This document shows, in pieces, positions 56,463-60,272 of a stretch of 60,272 nt of DNA. The stretch is from Candidatus Micrarchaeota archaeon (GTDB taxonomy: Archaea; Micrarchaeota; Micrarchaeia; Micrarchaeales; CABMGC01). The notes under the pieces are model-generated. The model was not told the DNA's origin. It searched no databases and saw only the letters and a program-made list of their open reading frames with translations. The stretch is taken from contig JAGWGI010000005.1 in NCBI GenBank assembly GCA_028867435.1, forward strand, positions 1 through 60,272, read 5' to 3'. The translations under genes were made by a program, and so were the position numbers. Position 1 is the stretch's first letter. Each line of letters begins with the position of its first letter.

Positions 56463-56498
56463 ATTTACTATATAAAGGAAGAAAACCAAGTTTTGGCC

Positions 56499-57191
56499 AT
56501 GGAAGCAAAGCAATGGCTCAGGCATCTTGATCCTTGTTACAACGCAAGGCAGGTCATGGGTCAGCTATCTACGTACAAAAGTTCCAAGCGCCAGTACGAA
56601 GAGGCTCTGGCAAAGGTCAATGTGCAATCAGATCTCCTTAAGGTATACCGCACTGCAATAGCCCAGGGGAACAGGGCCGAGGCGCGGTATAATATCGAGT
56701 TGAAAAGAATCAGGCAGACTAGGCGCCAGGATTCAATGCGAGATGGTTTCGATATCCGCGATAAAGCGATTGAGGAGATAAAAACCGACAGGGATGATTT
56801 CAGGGCAGGTCTATACAACATAATAGCCGACGAATATACGAAAATAGACCCCGCATTCAATCGAAGCAGCCCAGCCAGCTCATCAAAGATATTAAAGACG
56901 CTCTATGAGCTCAAGGAGTTAGAAGACATGGCGCACTGGAAGAAGAAAGCCAAAAGCCAACTAAACTGGATGTCGATGTATTTTGGCGCCCAAATATGCG
57001 CTGCTGCATTGCTATGTTATGACCTGTCAATGTACGCCTACAATTCAATCCACCACATTCACAGCGGAGCCGGAGGCCTTAACTCAGTAGGCATATCAGG
57101 GTTATTTTACGTCGTTACTTCAGCTGCATTTGCGTTTGAGGCATGGCTCTCAAGAGACCACAAGAGCCGTACTCGTGCAGCTACTGGCTAG
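56499..57191 (+). CDS. hypothetical protein, helical N-terminus with two C-terminal TM segments
   Basis: ATG ~27 nt after TATATAAA; 230 aa. Confidence 0.6.
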   Translation: MEAKQWLRHLDPCYNARQVMGQLSTYKSSKRQYEEALAKVNVQSDLLKVYRTAIAQGNRAEARYNIELKRIRQTRRQDSMRDGFDIRDKAIEEIKTDRDDFRAGLYNIIADEYTKIDPAFNRSSPASSSKILKTLYELKELEDMAHWKKKAKSQLNWMSMYFGAQICAAALLCYDLSMYAYNSIHHIHSGAGGLNSVGISGLFYVVTSAAFAFEAWLSRDHKSRTRAATG

Positions 57192-57895
57192 AACATCCCG
57201 AATTTCTTCTTCTTAGCCTCGCTGTCCTCTTTGCCGGTTTTCTCCACTTTCACCCTGAACCTGTCAGTCACCACTACGCTGCCGCTTCCCCTGCAGCTCT
57301 TGCATACACTCTCAAATGTCTTCCCCCTTCCCTTGCACCTATCGCATGGCATAGCCATCTGAAACCTTCCGAACATCGAGCTCTGTTCGATAATCCTTCT
57401 TCCAGTCCCGTCGCATCTCTGGCATCTTATCTGCTTTGAACCGGGTTCTCCTCCGCTTCCTCTGCAGTTGCTGCACACCTTTGAGTGCTGTACTGCAAAC
57501 TCCTTGTCCATGCCGCGCTCTATATCATCAAAGGAGAGCGAAAGGTTCACTCCTGTCTGTTCTTGCGCCCCGCCTGAGAAGAAGTCCCCAAACTGTCCGA
57601 AGTTCTGCCCAAAGATATCCTTGAAGAGATCCTCTGTGTTAAAGTCCCTGAAGATGTCCTCGGTGTTGTATCTTTGCCCGAACTGCTGCGGTCCGAATGA
57701 GTCATACTGCTGCCTCTTTTGCGGATCTCCAAGGACAGCATACGCCTCATTTATCTCCTTAAAGGTCGCCTCTGCAGACTTCTCCTTGTTTCTGTCAGGG
57801 TGGAATTTTAGCGCAAGATCCCTATACGCCTTCTTTATCTCGTCCTGGCTGGCAGTTTTGGATACCCCCAGCACGTGATAGTAGTCTTTTGCCAT
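57188..57895 (-). CDS. dnaJ: DnaJ, short form (J domain, G/F region, zinc finger; C-terminal domains largely missing)
   Basis: [11 protein letters not shown], four CxxCxGxG motifs, 235 aa. Confidence 0.93.
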   Translation of the reverse strand: MAKDYYHVLGVSKTASQDEIKKAYRDLALKFHPDRNKEKSAEATFKEINEAYAVLGDPQKRQQYDSFGPQQFGQRYNTEDIFRDFNTEDLFKDIFGQNFGQFGDFFSGGAQEQTGVNLSLSFDDIERGMDKEFAVQHSKVCSNCRGSGGEPGSKQIRCQRCDGTGRRIIEQSSMFGRFQMAMPCDRCKGRGKTFESVCKSCRGSGSVVVTDRFRVKVEKTGKEDSEAKKKKFGMF

Positions 57896-59745
57896 TATTT
57901 CTCTCCCTTCTCTTCAGGTGCGCCTGCATCAGCACTTGAATCTGCAGGACCCTGCCCATCTTGTCCATCCTGTCCTGTCTGCTGCCCTGAATTTCCAGAC
58001 TGTTTGTACATCTCTGCACCCATCGCCTGGAGGTTCTGGTTGAGCGAGTCGAACTTCTGCGCCATCAGCTCCTTGTCCTCCTTCTGTATCGCCTCCTTAA
58101 CCTCGCTTATGGCTTTCTCCACTCCTTCCTTTGCAGATGCCGAGACCTTGCTTCCGTTCTCCTTGAGCTGCTTTTCAGCAATGTACACAAGCGATTCGAT
58201 GTTGTTCTTGAGCTCTACGTACTCGCGTATCTTCTTGTCCTCCTCTGCGGCCTCTTCTGCTTCCTTTGTCTTTTTCTCTATCTCCTCCTTGCTCATCTTG
58301 TGGGGCGCAACAACCTGCATCCCCTGCTCCTTCCCTGTAGCCTTATCCTTGGCGGTAACATGCAGTATCCCGTTTGCGTCTATGTCAAATGAGACCTCTA
58401 TCTGTGGAACTCCTCTTGGCGCCGGAGGTATGCCTGTTAGCATGAACCTGCCGAGCTCTATGTTATCCTTGGACATCGCCCTCTCACCTTGCAGTATGTG
58501 TATGTCCACCGTAGTCTGGGAATCGTCCGCAGTGCTGAACACTTGGCCCTTCTTGATTGGTATTGTCGTGTTCTTTTCTATCAGCTTGGTCATCACTCCC
58601 CCGAGGGTCTCAATCCCAAGCGAGAGCGGCGTAACATCAAGCAGCACGATGTCCTTCACCTCTCCAGTCAGCACTCCGGCTTGTATCGCCGCGCCGAAAG
58701 CCACGGCCTCCATTGGGTCAACCCCTCTCTCTATCTTCTTCCCAAGAAGCTGTTCCACGTACCTCTGTACTATTGGCATCCTGGTAGGGCCACCCACGAG
58801 TATCACTTTCTCTATGTCCTTTGGCTCGAGCTTTGCGTCCTTTAGCGCGTTGACCACAGGCTTTGTCGTCTTTTCGACTATCGGCATAACTATCTCCTCA
58901 AGCTTTGCGCGCGTGAAGGAGTATGTGAAGTGCACCGGCGCATTTCCCGGCCCCATCCCAAGGAACGGCAGGTTTATGTCGCTATTTATGGTGGTGGAGA
59001 GCTCGATCTTCGCCCTCTCCCCTGCCTCTCTTATCCTCTGCATGGCCTGCTTGTCCTTAGATATATCTATTCCCTGGCTCTTCTTCACTTCAGATAGAAG
59101 GAAATCCGCTATCGCATTGTCCATGTCTGTGCCTCCCAGCTGCGTATCGCCGTTGGTTGACTTTACCTCGAAGACCCCGTTACCGAACTCCATCACGGTC
59201 ACGTCAAGCGTTCCGCCCCCGAAGTCGTACACCAGTATCTTCATGTCTTTTCCGTGCTTGTCGATTCCATATGCAAGGCTGGCAGCCGTAGGCTCATTGA
59301 CAAGCCTCACAACCTCAAGCCCTGCTATCTGGCCTGCGTCCTTTGTTGCCTGCCTTTGGTTGTCGTTGAAGTATGCCGGAACCGTTATCACAGCTTTGGT
59401 TATGCTCTCCCCAAGGAACGCCTCAGCGTCCTCCTTTATTTTCTGCAGCAGCATCGCGGAAAGCTCCTGAGGCGTGTACTCCTTGCCATATATATTGTAC
59501 TTGTAGTCTGTCCCCATCTTCCTCTTGAATGCGTTGACTGTCCCTTCCGCATTCGCAACAGCCTGCCTCTTTGCAGGTTCCCCCATGAGCCTCTGTCCGT
59601 CCTTTGTGAACGCCACATAGCTTGGGAACGACTTCCCATAAAGCGAAGTGCCCTCGCTGCTCGGTATCAAAACCGGCCTTCCCCCTTCAAGTACTGCCGC
59701 AGCAGAATTCGAGGTTCCTAAATCTATTCCAATTATTTTTGCCAT
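57895..59745 (-). CDS. dnaK: Hsp70 chaperone DnaK
   Basis: [40 protein letters not shown]. Confidence 0.99.
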   Translation of the reverse strand: MAKIIGIDLGTSNSAAAVLEGGRPVLIPSSEGTSLYGKSFPSYVAFTKDGQRLMGEPAKRQAVANAEGTVNAFKRKMGTDYKYNIYGKEYTPQELSAMLLQKIKEDAEAFLGESITKAVITVPAYFNDNQRQATKDAGQIAGLEVVRLVNEPTAASLAYGIDKHGKDMKILVYDFGGGTLDVTVMEFGNGVFEVKSTNGDTQLGGTDMDNAIADFLLSEVKKSQGIDISKDKQAMQRIREAGERAKIELSTTINSDINLPFLGMGPGNAPVHFTYSFTRAKLEEIVMPIVEKTTKPVVNALKDAKLEPKDIEKVILVGGPTRMPIVQRYVEQLLGKKIERGVDPMEAVAFGAAIQAGVLTGEVKDIVLLDVTPLSLGIETLGGVMTKLIEKNTTIPIKKGQVFSTADDSQTTVDIHILQGERAMSKDNIELGRFMLTGIPPAPRGVPQIEVSFDIDANGILHVTAKDKATGKEQGMQVVAPHKMSKEEIEKKTKEAEEAAEEDKKIREYVELKNNIESLVYIAEKQLKENGSKVSASAKEGVEKAISEVKEAIQKEDKELMAQKFDSLNQNLQAMGAEMYKQSGNSGQQTGQDGQDGQGPADSSADAGAPEEKGEK

Positions 59746-59759
59746 CTAACTCACCTATC

Positions 59760-60272
59760 TCATTTGCCCACATCAGCATTGCCTTTTGAGACAATCACCG
59801 AAGCAGGGCGTATCAGCATGCCATTTAGCACGTATCCGCTCCTGACCACCTCTAGTATCGTGCCCTCAGCCCTATCGCTTTCCCTCGCGACAACAACCTC
59901 ATGCTTGTAGGGGTCCGAGATCCCATTCGCATCAAGCTTTTGCAGACCCTCGCTTTTAAGAGCGTCAAGCAGGTTCGTGTATACCATCTCAATTCCCTTT
60001 GCACTCTCCATTGCATTCCCATTAATCGCACTTATTGCCAGTTCAAATTCATCAAGCGTGGGCAGCATTTTTTTCATGACCTCTGCCTTGCCCAGGCTTT
60101 TTGCAGTATCGATTTCCCTTGCCGTGCGTTTCTTGTAATTATCGAATTCAGCGGCAAGCCTGAGCAATCTGTCCCTGAGTTCACCAGCCTCATCAGCCGC
60201 ACTCGGCTCCTGGCCTGCGTCCTCTAACTCATCATTTGCCGGGCTTTGTTCCTTTTCGTTCTTGTTTTCTTC
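59760..60272 (-). CDS. grpE: nucleotide exchange factor GrpE (5' end beyond the window)
   Basis: LRLAAEFDNYKKR, DPYKHE, GYVLNGMLIRPASVIV; frame open to the window edge. Confidence 0.96.
   Translation of the reverse strand, partial: EENKNEKEQSPANDELEDAGQEPSAADEAGELRDRLLRLAAEFDNYKKRTAREIDTAKSLGKAEVMKKMLPTLDEFELAISAINGNAMESAKGIEMVYTNLLDALKSEGLQKLDANGISDPYKHEVVVARESDRAEGTILEVVRSGYVLNGMLIRPASVIVSKGNADVGK

Noticed and set aside
57875-59470. 531-aa ORF antisense to dnaK
   Set aside because: Long antisense frames opposite hsp70 genes are a known codon-bias artefact; Ser-rich and without motifs
1-60272. CRISPR array, cas genes, integrase, transposase or prophage
   Set aside because: No regularly spaced repeats or recognisable motifs seen by eye; the repeats found are two- or three-copy only

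Overview
Archaeal chromosomal segment, most consistent with a DPANN archaeon of the Micrarchaeota type. This assignment is inferred from a stand-alone 23S rRNA gene with its own TATA box, tRNAs with T-loop introns, class II LysRS, short RpoD/MetRS, a class III signal-peptide pilin and grpE-dnaK-dnaJ. Core genes: 5' part of the 23S rRNA; rps13-rps4-rps11; rpoD-rpl18e-rpl13-rps9-rpoN-rps2; an eL41 missed by the ORF track; lysS, metG, mcm, kae1/bud32, uppS, pyrF/pyrE, pyk; five tRNAs (Ser, Lys, Asn, Leu, Pro). Most interesting observations: (1) A candidate ~60-nt hairpin sRNA at 5195-5254 with an anti-Shine-Dalgarno-like loop; its promoter shares an operator architecture with a DMT exporter, and the two flank a double-HTH Lrp/AsnC regulator. 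(2) An AT-richer cluster at 12.9-18.2 kb with two EgtD-like methyltransferases (one HTH-fused), a HAD phosphatase and a phospho-His swivel protein lacking the ATP-grasp domain. (3) A tRNA-Pro with an AGG (A34) anticodon. (4) Two tandem divergent TFBs lacking the B-reader motif, part of a set of genes that look Nitrososphaerota-like. (5) A DUF1338/HglS-like metalloenzyme paired with a D-2-hydroxyacid dehydrogenase. (6) Exact short DNA repeats at the ends of otherwise diverged paralogues. No CRISPR array, integrase or transposase was seen. All family calls come from motif recognition by eye; no database search was run.
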